DNA from: a bacterium
GTDB lineage: Bacteria; Bacillota; Clostridia; Oscillospirales; Acutalibacteraceae
Direction of reading: 5' to 3'
NCBI GenBank assembly: GCA_963652165.1
Contig: CAVJRM010000031.1
Location: 1-18,428 of the forward strand
Length of the DNA stretch: 18,428 nucleotides
Both the position numbers and the translations under genes were made by a program. The notes below the pieces were generated by a model. The model was not told the DNA's origin and ran no database searches. It saw only the letters and a program-made list of their open reading frames with translations. Shown one piece after another: positions 7,670-15,037 of the stretch; positions within the stretch are counted from its first letter, which is position 1; each line of letters starts with the position of its first letter.

Positions 7670-8237
7670 TCTTATCCCTCCTGTGCTTGATAACTTCTCT
7701 TATTATACCTATAACAGCTGCACCAATAATCACATAAACGATGTTTATATCAAGAAATATTGAAACCGCAAAAGCGGCAATCATTATAATCATATCAATT
7801 ACAGATTTATTCTTTACAACTCCGGAACCAAGGCCGCAAACCACATCAAGTATTACCGCTGCAACTCCGGCTTGCATTCCTTTAAGTAATAAAGATATAT
7901 ATTTATTTGATGCATAAGCCGAATAGAAAAAAGATATAATGGATAATATTATCATCGGAGGTAAAATGGTGCCTATAACAGCAACGATCATGCCTAAAAA
8001 ACCCGCTACTTTCCAGCCTACAAGCACAGCTGCATTAACGGCAATAGCACCGGGAGTGGATTCCGCAAGCGCTGTAATATCAAGCATTTCTTTTTCGTCA
8101 ATCCAATGATAACCGTCAACAAATTTCTTTTTCATTAAGGTTACAATTACAAATCCGCCGCCGAAAGTGAACGCACTGATGTACAGTGTAGATAAAAATA
8201 ATTTTAATAGTATTTTTCTTTTAGGCTCTTTTTCCAT
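7656..8237 (-). CDS. chrA: Chromate transporter family protein, half-size (first of a pair)
   Basis: CHR-family motifs FTFGGGFVIVTL and STPGAIAVN. ATG at 8237 was preferred over the TTG at 8240, with GGAG 8 nt upstream. It starts 13 nt after the trmO stop codon. Confidence 0.85.
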   Translation of the reverse strand: MEKEPKRKILLKLFLSTLYISAFTFGGGFVIVTLMKKKFVDGYHWIDEKEMLDITALAESTPGAIAVNAAVLVGWKVAGFLGMIVAVIGTILPPMIILSIISFFYSAYASNKYISLLLKGMQAGVAAVILDVVCGLGSGVVKNKSVIDMIIMIAAFAVSIFLDINIVYVIIGAAVIGIIREVIKHRRDKNALS

Positions 8238-8250
8238 CAAATACTCTCCG

Positions 8251-8919
8251 TTATATTTTTGCTATTCCCTTTACAGTCAAGATATTATCTGTTACTGTGA
8301 ATTTTATGTTGTACTCTGCAAAAGTTAACCCGAATTCTCTGCTTGGATCGTCTATGTATTGAGGCCTCGGGTCTTGCTCAAGTGTTGCTATTAAAGCATT
8401 TAATTTTTCTTTTGGAAAAATATCTTCTATACTTTCCGGATTTATTACGGAAATCTTTTTAAATTCCGTATCGGCAAATCCGTTTGATGCATCCGTATGA
8501 CAATCGGCATAGGGCAAATAAGGCTTAATATCATAAATAGGTGTTCCGTTCATAAGGTCAGCACCTTGTACTTTTATTACATATCCGTATTTTTCTGTTT
8601 TTTCTATACACTTAATTTTTACGCTTGATAATCCTATTGAATTTGGTCTAAAAGGGGAGCGTGTGGCAAATACGCCGACTCTTTTATTTCCGCCCAGCCT
8701 TGGGGGCCTGACTGTCGGGGACCATTCTTTGTCTTTTACCTCCGAAAATTCCCAAATCAGCCATATATAATTAAAATTATCAAGTCCTCTAATAGCTTCG
8801 GCAACACGATATTCAGGTTCAAATATTATAAGACTCTCTTCTTCGTTAACAAGCCCGGATTGACGCGGGACACCGAATTTTGAGGTATAATCATTTTGAA
8901 TATGAGCAATTATATTCAT
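8251..8919 (-). CDS. trmO: tRNA (m6t6A37) methyltransferase TrmO (YaeB/TsaA family)
   Basis: Motifs shared with E. coli YaeB: KFGVPRQSGLV, TVRPPRLGGN, GVFATRSPFRPN, GTPIYDIKPYLPYAD, LEQDPRPQY. The true start is ATG 8919 with a GGAG RBS (8926..8929). The ORF-track extension to 9036 runs through a tRNA gene and its terminator. Confidence 0.9.
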   Translation of the reverse strand: MNIIAHIQNDYTSKFGVPRQSGLVNEEESLIIFEPEYRVAEAIRGLDNFNYIWLIWEFSEVKDKEWSPTVRPPRLGGNKRVGVFATRSPFRPNSIGLSSVKIKCIEKTEKYGYVIKVQGADLMNGTPIYDIKPYLPYADCHTDASNGFADTEFKKISVINPESIEDIFPKEKLNALIATLEQDPRPQYIDDPSREFGLTFAEYNIKFTVTDNILTVKGIAKI

Positions 8920-8935
8920 AAATTTCTCCGTACAT

Positions 8936-8963
8936 AAAAAAATCGGGGAACTGTTGTTCCCCG
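8936..8963 (-). terminator. Strong intrinsic terminator immediately 3' of tRNA-Thr and 5' of trmO
   Basis: Minus strand reads CGGGGAAC-AACA-GTTCCCCG (perfect 8-bp stem), then A and T7. The hairpin begins 3 nt after the tRNA CCA end. The U-tract ends 6 nt before the trmO Shine-Dalgarno sequence. Confidence 0.8.
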
Positions 8964-8966
8964 AAA

Positions 8967-9042
<76 letters not shown>

Positions 9043-9068
9043 AAAATGTTCATTACCGAACAGCAGCT

Positions 9069-9097
9069 ATATTACCATATTGTTTACAATTTTGCAA
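9069..9097 (-). promoter_or_regulatory. Candidate sigma-A promoter for tRNA-Thr (and read-through into trmO)
   Basis: Minus strand reads TTGCAA (9092..9097), 17 nt, TAATAT (9069..9074), with TGn upstream (TGGTAATAT). The -10 ends 26 nt upstream of the tRNA 5' end. Confidence 0.5.
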
Positions 9098-9134
9098 GTG
9101 TTTTTGCAATATTTTTTTATTTTTTGAATTTTAT

Positions 9135-9410
9135 TTATATTTCTGCCGGTATTGTTTCTATTTTGTAAATTTCTTTTAGCTCCCTTAACTTCTTTAAGTG
9201 AGGCGTTTCAATATGGCTTGATAAAGCTTCTTTATTTTCCCATTTTTCTATGAGTAATATTTCGTCTTTATCACAGGATGTATAAAATTCATAAGATATA
9301 CACCCATTTTCTTTTCTTGTTTTTTGAGGAATTTCAAGAGAATATATTTCTTCAATGAATTTCTCTTTTGTGTCGGGTTTCATAATATATTTTAATTGTA
9401 CTTTTTCCAT
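9135..9410 (-). CDS. ABM-domain (antibiotic biosynthesis monooxygenase-like, dimeric alpha/beta-barrel) protein
   Basis: 91 aa, with the typical ABM pattern ENGCISYEFY...ILLIEKWENKEALSSHIETPHLKK. The ATG is 1 nt after the GH125 stop codon, with AAGGA upstream. Confidence 0.7.
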   Translation of the reverse strand: MEKVQLKYIMKPDTKEKFIEEIYSLEIPQKTRKENGCISYEFYTSCDKDEILLIEKWENKEALSSHIETPHLKKLRELKEIYKIETIPAEI

Positions 9411-9411
9411 T

Positions 9412-10674
9412 TTATATTATTCCTTCGTCTACTGCTTTTTCGCATAATTCTGAAAATAATGCACAGCTCCAACTAAACCAGCTGCGGGTGTATTTATTCG
9501 GATCATTTGCATCAAAGCCTTCGTGCATCAAATATGTATTTGCATCGGTATTTTCGAGCATTGAGAGAATTTCTTTTATTTCGTTTTTGTCCGTGCTTGT
9601 AAGTCCCTGCATTGAGAGCGCAATGTGCCAGATATATCCCTCGGGAGTGTGAGGGCTTCCTACACCTTTTGCAAATTTTCCTTCATAATAATATGGATTT
9701 TCTTTGCTTAATATAAATGCTCTTGTTTTTTGGTATGTTTCATCATCGGAACTGCAATAACCTAAATACGGAGCTGATAAAAGTGAAGGAACATTTGCAT
9801 CATCAAACTTGAAATAATTGCCAAGCCCGTCAACTTCGCAGGCGTATATACCATCTATTATTGCAAATTTATTTATTCCTTCATTTATTTCATTTTTGAG
9901 AGTTATGCACTTATTTATAAAACTGCTATCATAACTTATGTGCTTAAGCATTTCTTCAAGATGCAATAATTCTGTTGCCGCAAACATATTTGAAGCAACA
10001 AGATAGCCGTATCTACAAGCATCATCACTGGGCCTGAATCCCGACCATGTCATTCCCGTGTAGCCGAGAGGAGTGCCAAGACCATCTCTCTTAAGCGTAT
10101 CTTTTTCATCTCCGTTTCTGATGAAACGGTAATCTGAATTTTCTTCGTGATGTTGTTCTTTTATCCATAAGTTTACAATTGTTTCGGCACTGCATGTAAA
10201 ATTTCCGTCAAGAACACTGTCATCACCTGTAGCCTTCCAAAATAAATATGTAAGCCTTATAGGGTAGCAAAGAGAGTCTATTTCATATTTTCTTTCCCAT
10301 ACAATCGGGCTTGGAATTGGATAATCATCAAATTCTCTGTGGCTGTTTGGCTCTTTTTTGAAGGCGTTTGTATAAGCATCAATAGAGATATAATATCTTT
10401 GCCTTTTTATGACACCTTTAATAATGTCTCTGATTTCTTTGTTTTCTTTTGCAAGGGGAATATAATGAGAAACCTCTGCAGTTGAATCTCTGAGCCACAT
10501 TGCCGGAATATCACCGGTAAGCACAAACATTGTGCCGTCATCCATAGGGCATAGAGCTGTTTCAATTGTATTCACATAGCATTTTTTATACATATTGGCA
10601 AGCTTTTGGCTGTGTTTACTTATTTTGTTTGCATATTTTTCTGTTCTTGCTGTAACACAATCAGGAATTATCAC
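9412..10674 (-). CDS. Glycoside hydrolase family 125 (DUF1237; exo-alpha-1,6-mannosidase-like), cytoplasmic
   Basis: GH125-type motifs LTGDIPAMWLRDSTAEV, GYIWHIALSMQGLT and WFSWSCALFSE. GTG start at 10674 with GGAGG 6 nt upstream. No signal peptide. Confidence 0.85.
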   Translation of the reverse strand: MIIPDCVTARTEKYANKISKHSQKLANMYKKCYVNTIETALCPMDDGTMFVLTGDIPAMWLRDSTAEVSHYIPLAKENKEIRDIIKGVIKRQRYYISIDAYTNAFKKEPNSHREFDDYPIPSPIVWERKYEIDSLCYPIRLTYLFWKATGDDSVLDGNFTCSAETIVNLWIKEQHHEENSDYRFIRNGDEKDTLKRDGLGTPLGYTGMTWSGFRPSDDACRYGYLVASNMFAATELLHLEEMLKHISYDSSFINKCITLKNEINEGINKFAIIDGIYACEVDGLGNYFKFDDANVPSLLSAPYLGYCSSDDETYQKTRAFILSKENPYYYEGKFAKGVGSPHTPEGYIWHIALSMQGLTSTDKNEIKEILSMLENTDANTYLMHEGFDANDPNKYTRSWFSWSCALFSELCEKAVDEGII

Positions 10675-10826
10675 TTTAAGCCTCCATTTTAAATATTATT
10701 TTCTCGATTATCTCGGTGTAATAATTGTAATTTAAAATTAAGTTTTTGATAAAAAAATTAGCTTTATAAAGTTGAAATACAAAGTAAAGAAAAAATTATA
10801 ATACAGTCATTTGCAGCGTTTTATTA

Positions 10827-11954
10827 TTAATCAAAAATAATGTCTTTACTTGTTGCTAAATTTTCAACACTATATAAAAATAATATCTCAGTTATTTTTT
10901 CATCTTTAATTATGTCTTTTAGATCTTTTTTGTAATACCTCAAATCAACCATAATTATTTCACTGTATTGTTCTGCCAAAAACGGAGCCAAACAGTGAGC
11001 AAACGAATCTTTTATCAAAAGAAGTTTTCCTCCGTTGTTGCCGGTCTTAATATCAACTCTTGAATGGTTGCCATCAAGAAACACTGTGTATTTGTCTTCT
11101 TCGTTTAATCTGTTTTGAAAGAACATATTATCATAATTTGCTTTTTGGTTTCCTTCAATAATTGTTACATCTGCATTTCCCTTAGTTTGTTTGTTTTTCA
11201 AAATTTTAACAACATCCGGTTTTGTGAGAGTATAACAGGATGTTGAATAAGAAGTACCATAAAATGCGGTGCTCTCTTCGACTTCATAATTATTTAATGA
11301 CGGAGCAGAAAATCCTTTTACTTTACAAAATTCTTCATATGCTATATATGCTGCGTCACTTGTCCAGTGATGATCGGTTTTATAGAACAAATTTGCGCTG
11401 TTTCTGTTACTTATAAGTGCTTTTGAAATATCAATATTTGTTACCGAATCTCCGAGAATGGAATTAACTGTTTCAAGATATTCCGAATCATAATATTTCA
11501 TGGAATTGTCCGGTAACTTATCCGAATAGATATATCCTTTTGATGGAATCGCCATCGTATAGACAGGCAAATCAGTTTCACTTGCAAAATTTTTTATTCT
11601 TTTTAAATTTTTTTCAAGATTATTTTTTCTTGCAAAGGGCTTTTCGATAAGCCAACCATCTTTCCCAAGATAAACACCGTTTGAACCGTTGTTTCCTTTT
11701 ATTAGCTCAAAATAAGCATTTACAGATACAAAAAATGTTCTAAATGGCGTTTGATCAGCAAGAAACTTTTCAAAATCTGTGGAAAAACTACCATCTGCAA
11801 TATTTTTTAATGATACAGATGGAAACTGTGACAAATATCTTTTCTCGGTTGCAGAATAATCGTTTTTGGGCAAAAATACATAAAGAATGCCGATTACTAC
11901 AATGAAAGCACAGAAAACAATTATTAAAATTTTTTGATGAGTTTTCTTTGTCAT
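10827..11954 (-). CDS. DHHW-family protein (AlgJ/AlgX-like SGNH-type O-acyltransferase), N-terminal membrane anchor
   Basis: YKTDHHWTS motif (DHHW codons at 11364..11375), a later LIKDSFAH serine motif, and anchor KILIIVFCAFIVVIGILYVFL. ATG at 11954 (MTKKTHQ...) lies 1 nt after the MBOAT stop codon. The ORF-track start at 11999 is the alternative; neither has a clear RBS. Confidence 0.8.
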   Translation of the reverse strand: MTKKTHQKILIIVFCAFIVVIGILYVFLPKNDYSATEKRYLSQFPSVSLKNIADGSFSTDFEKFLADQTPFRTFFVSVNAYFELIKGNNGSNGVYLGKDGWLIEKPFARKNNLEKNLKRIKNFASETDLPVYTMAIPSKGYIYSDKLPDNSMKYYDSEYLETVNSILGDSVTNIDISKALISNRNSANLFYKTDHHWTSDAAYIAYEEFCKVKGFSAPSLNNYEVEESTAFYGTSYSTSCYTLTKPDVVKILKNKQTKGNADVTIIEGNQKANYDNMFFQNRLNEEDKYTVFLDGNHSRVDIKTGNNGGKLLLIKDSFAHCLAPFLAEQYSEIIMVDLRYYKKDLKDIIKDEKITEILFLYSVENLATSKDIIFD

Positions 11955-11955
11955 A

Positions 11956-13350
11956 TTAAAATTTAAAGTAGAGGAAAGGATTGTATGTGTTATTAACAAG
12001 GCTGGCAGTACAAATTATCAATATTACAATCACTGCTATTGTTTCGGCTACTTTAAAACCTTTCTTAAATTGTAAATAGTCATATATTTTTCGAATTATC
12101 GGTGTCGATGCTATTATTCCGAAGATAAGAAGCGATGAATAACTTACAACTGTATTTAATGCATCGCTTGAAATTAAACCGCCGGTGAACAAAGTGGGGA
12201 TATATTCTGTAAGAGCGCTTAAGCCACCCACATCATCTGAATAATAGAAAATTATCCATCCAACCAGAATTAAAAATATTGAGTAAATATGAGAAATAAA
12301 AGATGGTAGTTTGTTAATTGCTTTAAGTAGGAATAACTTCTCGATAATTATAATTACTCCGAAGTATAAACCCCAAATAATAAAATTCCAGCTTGCTCCG
12401 TGCCATAATCCCGTAAGGAACCACACTATTAAAAGATTTATAAGTGTACGTATTTTTCCTTTTCTGTTCCCTCCGAGAGGAATATATACATATTCTTTAA
12501 ACCATGTTCCGAGGGAAATGTGCCACCTGCGCCAAAATTCGGTAATGCTTTTTGAAATATACGGGTAGTCAAAGTTTTTAAGAAATTCAAAGCCGAACAT
12601 GTTTCCGAGGCCTCTTGCCATATCACTGTAACCACTGAAATCATAATAAATTTGAAGTGAAAAAGCAATGACTCCTACCCATGAGGCAATAGCGCCACGG
12701 CCTTCTGATTCTCTGAGAGAATCCCATAAAAGCCCCATTGGATTTGCGAGTAAAACTTTTTTTGCAAGACCAAGTGTGAATAATTTTATTCCTTTAGCAA
12801 ATAAGTCTATATTTTCTTTTCTGGCAGAAAGCTGTTCGTCAACGTCTTTATACCGTACAATCGGTCCTGCTATAAGCTGAGGAAACAAAGACACATAAGT
12901 TCCGAATGCAACAAGACTGTGCTGCGCTTTAGTATCTTCTCTATAAACATCAATTGTATAAGACATTGTCTGAAAAATATAAAATGAAATTCCTACCGGA
13001 AGAGGAATATCTATTACCGGAATATTTGCAAACGGAATTATGATATTTAAATTTTCTGTTATAAATCCGGCATATTTGAAAAATGCAAGCAATCCGAGGT
13101 CAATAATAACCGAAATAATAAGAATAATCTTTTTCTTTATGTCGCCGGTTTTTTCTATAATTAAGCCTGCAAAATAATTTATGACAATAGTAAATACCAT
13201 TAAAAATACTAAAACCGGCTCGCCCCAACCGTAAAAAAATAAATCTGCAATTAAAAGAAATAAGTTACGATATTTATGGGGTAATATATAGTAAACGGCG
13301 AGTACAAAAGGTAAAAATACAAACAAAAATATTAAGCTTGAAAATACCAT
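11956..13350 (-). CDS. MBOAT-family membrane-bound O-acyltransferase (AlgI/PatA/DltB-like)
   Basis: 464 aa, polytopic. MBOAT histidine context FWRRWHISLGTWFKEYVYIPLGG and LTGLWHGASWNF. AAGGAG RBS upstream of the ATG. Confidence 0.9.
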   Translation of the reverse strand: MVFSSLIFLFVFLPFVLAVYYILPHKYRNLFLLIADLFFYGWGEPVLVFLMVFTIVINYFAGLIIEKTGDIKKKIILIISVIIDLGLLAFFKYAGFITENLNIIIPFANIPVIDIPLPVGISFYIFQTMSYTIDVYREDTKAQHSLVAFGTYVSLFPQLIAGPIVRYKDVDEQLSARKENIDLFAKGIKLFTLGLAKKVLLANPMGLLWDSLRESEGRGAIASWVGVIAFSLQIYYDFSGYSDMARGLGNMFGFEFLKNFDYPYISKSITEFWRRWHISLGTWFKEYVYIPLGGNRKGKIRTLINLLIVWFLTGLWHGASWNFIIWGLYFGVIIIIEKLFLLKAINKLPSFISHIYSIFLILVGWIIFYYSDDVGGLSALTEYIPTLFTGGLISSDALNTVVSYSSLLIFGIIASTPIIRKIYDYLQFKKGFKVAETIAVIVILIICTASLVNNTYNPFLYFKF

Positions 13351-13380
13351 TTTGGGTCTCCTTGAAATATTTTGAATTCA

Positions 13381-13408
13381 ATTATAACATTAGAATATTT
13401 AATGTCAA
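13381..13408 (-). promoter_or_regulatory. Near-consensus sigma-A promoter for the MBOAT-DHHW operon
   Basis: Minus strand reads TTGACA (13403..13408), 16 nt, TATAAT (13381..13386), with extended -10 TGTTATAAT. The -10 ends 30 nt upstream of the ATG. Confidence 0.55.
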
Positions 13409-13426
13409 TTATAAAGATAAAAAATA

Positions 13427-13455
13427 TTGAATTATTATTTTTTATTTGCTATTAT
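13427..13455 (+). promoter_or_regulatory. Candidate sigma-A promoter for the LCAT-like hydrolase gene
   Basis: TTGAAT (13427..13432), 17 nt, TATTAT (13450..13455). It lies back to back with the MBOAT promoter in a 125-nt intergenic region. Confidence 0.35.
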
Positions 13456-13475
13456 GTTTGAGAAGAGGTGACGGT

Positions 13476-14969
13476 ATGAAATATATAAAAAATTTTTTGA
13501 TTGTTTTATTTGCATTTATTCTAATGATAATCCCGGGGCTGTCAGTCTCTGCACAAGCTACTAATTATACTGTGGATTGCCCGTATATTTTTGCTCACGG
13601 CTTCATGGCATCAACAATATACGTGAACCCTGATGATCCGAATTCCGAGGCGGCATGGCCTCCTTCATCGGATAAAATTCTTGCTGCGGTTAAATCGACG
13701 CTGCCTTACATAGGTAAACTGCTCACAAATCATAATTGGAATGAGTTCGGCAACAAGGTTGTTCCTATTGTAAAAGAATTATTTGAGCCTATAATGTTAG
13801 GCTCAGATGGCAATGTTAAAGATAAATCCGGGGTAAGATGGAGTTATCCTGCAGCAGAGACTATATCTAAGACTTCACAGCTTGAATTTGTTTATGATTG
13901 GCGCCTCAGCCCAATTGAAACCGCAGCAAGCTTAGATGATTTTATTGACTATGTGCTTGAATGCTCCGGCGCAGATCAAATTGTTCTAGAATGTCATAGC
14001 TACGGTGGCGTTGTTGCAAATACCTACGCTAAGTTATATGGTACTTCAAAAGTAAGAAGCTGGCTTTTTAATTCAACGGCAATTTACGGTGAGACGTATA
14101 CCGGAGATCTAATGACCGGAAATATGCATTTTGATGCAGATGCTTTAACAGCTTATCTTAAAGGAGCATTTGATTACAATCAATATGAAGAGCTTTTAAA
14201 TGCTCTTTTTTCTGTCCTCAATAAAACAGGTGTTACTGATAGTTTAATTAATTTGACAAATTTAATGGTTGAAAAAATCGGTGATCAGGTAGTCAGAGAA
14301 TGTATTGCACCGATGTTTGGAGGATGGCTAAGCATATGGGCAATGATTCCCGATGAAAAAATAAATGAAGCATATAGTTATGTTTTTGATAATGTTTATA
14401 AATACACTTCAACCGATTGGTCAGGCCTCAAAGAAAAAATTACAGAATACAATACTAAAGTAAGGCCCTACAAAACAGACACATTAAAACAAATAGATAA
14501 TACAAGTAATCTTTATGTTGTTTCAAGATACGGTTACAGCGGTATGTTTTTAACTCCTTCTTGGCAAACTGCAACCGATATGATTATTGATGTTAAATAT
14601 TCTTCTTTTGGCGCAACTTCCGCAAGTTATAATAGCTCACTAAGTGATGATTATATTAAGAATGTTGATTCAAAATATATTTCTCCCGATAAAAGCGTAG
14701 ATGCTTCATCTTGCTTATTCCCTGAGCAAACATGGTTTATAAGACATTTTACACATGCTGTCAGTAGTGATAATTTTGAAACCTTCAAAAAAATACTTTT
14801 GTACTGCAACGTTCAAGCAACAGTTGATACATTTGAAAAATATCCAAGATTTATGTATTATGATGAGGATACAAACGAAATAAAGACTGATACATTAAGT
14901 GATAAAAATGAAACTTTAATTGATAAAATTAAGCAAATTATAAATTTCAATAAAGTGATTACAATTTAA
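13476..14969 (+). CDS. Secreted alpha/beta hydrolase of the LCAT-like (lecithin:cholesterol acyltransferase / phospholipase A) type
   Basis: Signal peptide MKYIKNFLIVLFAFILMIIPGLSVSAQA. Oxyanion-type FAHGF. LCAT hallmark FVYDWRLSP (YDWR codons at 13893..13904). About 30 aa later, nucleophile elbow ECHSYGG (Ser codon at 13998..14000). ATG at 13476 has an AGAGGTGA RBS; the ORF-track TTG at 13446 is rejected. Confidence 0.75.
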   Translation: MKYIKNFLIVLFAFILMIIPGLSVSAQATNYTVDCPYIFAHGFMASTIYVNPDDPNSEAAWPPSSDKILAAVKSTLPYIGKLLTNHNWNEFGNKVVPIVKELFEPIMLGSDGNVKDKSGVRWSYPAAETISKTSQLEFVYDWRLSPIETAASLDDFIDYVLECSGADQIVLECHSYGGVVANTYAKLYGTSKVRSWLFNSTAIYGETYTGDLMTGNMHFDADALTAYLKGAFDYNQYEELLNALFSVLNKTGVTDSLINLTNLMVEKIGDQVVRECIAPMFGGWLSIWAMIPDEKINEAYSYVFDNVYKYTSTDWSGLKEKITEYNTKVRPYKTDTLKQIDNTSNLYVVSRYGYSGMFLTPSWQTATDMIIDVKYSSFGATSASYNSSLSDDYIKNVDSKYISPDKSVDASSCLFPEQTWFIRHFTHAVSSDNFETFKKILLYCNVQATVDTFEKYPRFMYYDEDTNEIKTDTLSDKNETLIDKIKQIINFNKVITI

Positions 14970-14985
14970 CATTTTCAAAAGATGA

Positions 14986-15027
14986 AAAAGCTATATTCTT
15001 CGGAGAATTATCAGGAATATAGCTTTT
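14986..15027. terminator. Bidirectional terminator between the convergent LCAT-like and rqcH genes
   Basis: Perfect 13-bp stem AAAAGCTATATTC/GAATATAGCTTTT with a 16-nt loop. The A and T tracts are part of the arms. Confidence 0.6.
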
Positions 15028-15037
15028 AAGTTTAATC

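Noticed and set aside
10675-10826. 152-nt gap between the DHHW and GH125 genes, checked for a riboswitch, sRNA, terminator or promoter
   Set aside because: It contains only AT-rich sequence with a short direct repeat (ctcg...ctcg). There is no convincing hairpin plus U-tract and no good -35/-10 pair. GH125 may be expressed by read-through from the MBOAT promoter, but I cannot support a feature here.
11955-11999. Longer ORF-track starts for several genes (11999 for DHHW; also 13446, 4847, 2143, 7038 and 8240)
   Set aside because: Each extension uses a TTG codon, lacks an RBS, overlaps the RBS of the better start, or (11999) overlaps the preceding gene by 44 nt. The internal ATG gives a canonical N-terminus (signal peptide or anchor) or correct Shine-Dalgarno spacing. 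The DHHW start remains the least certain.
12311-12880. ORFs 12311..12568 (+), 12438..12668 (-, alternate frame) and 12668..12880 (+) inside the MBOAT gene
   Set aside because: They are embedded in or antisense to a full-length MBOAT reading frame. They have no independent signals.
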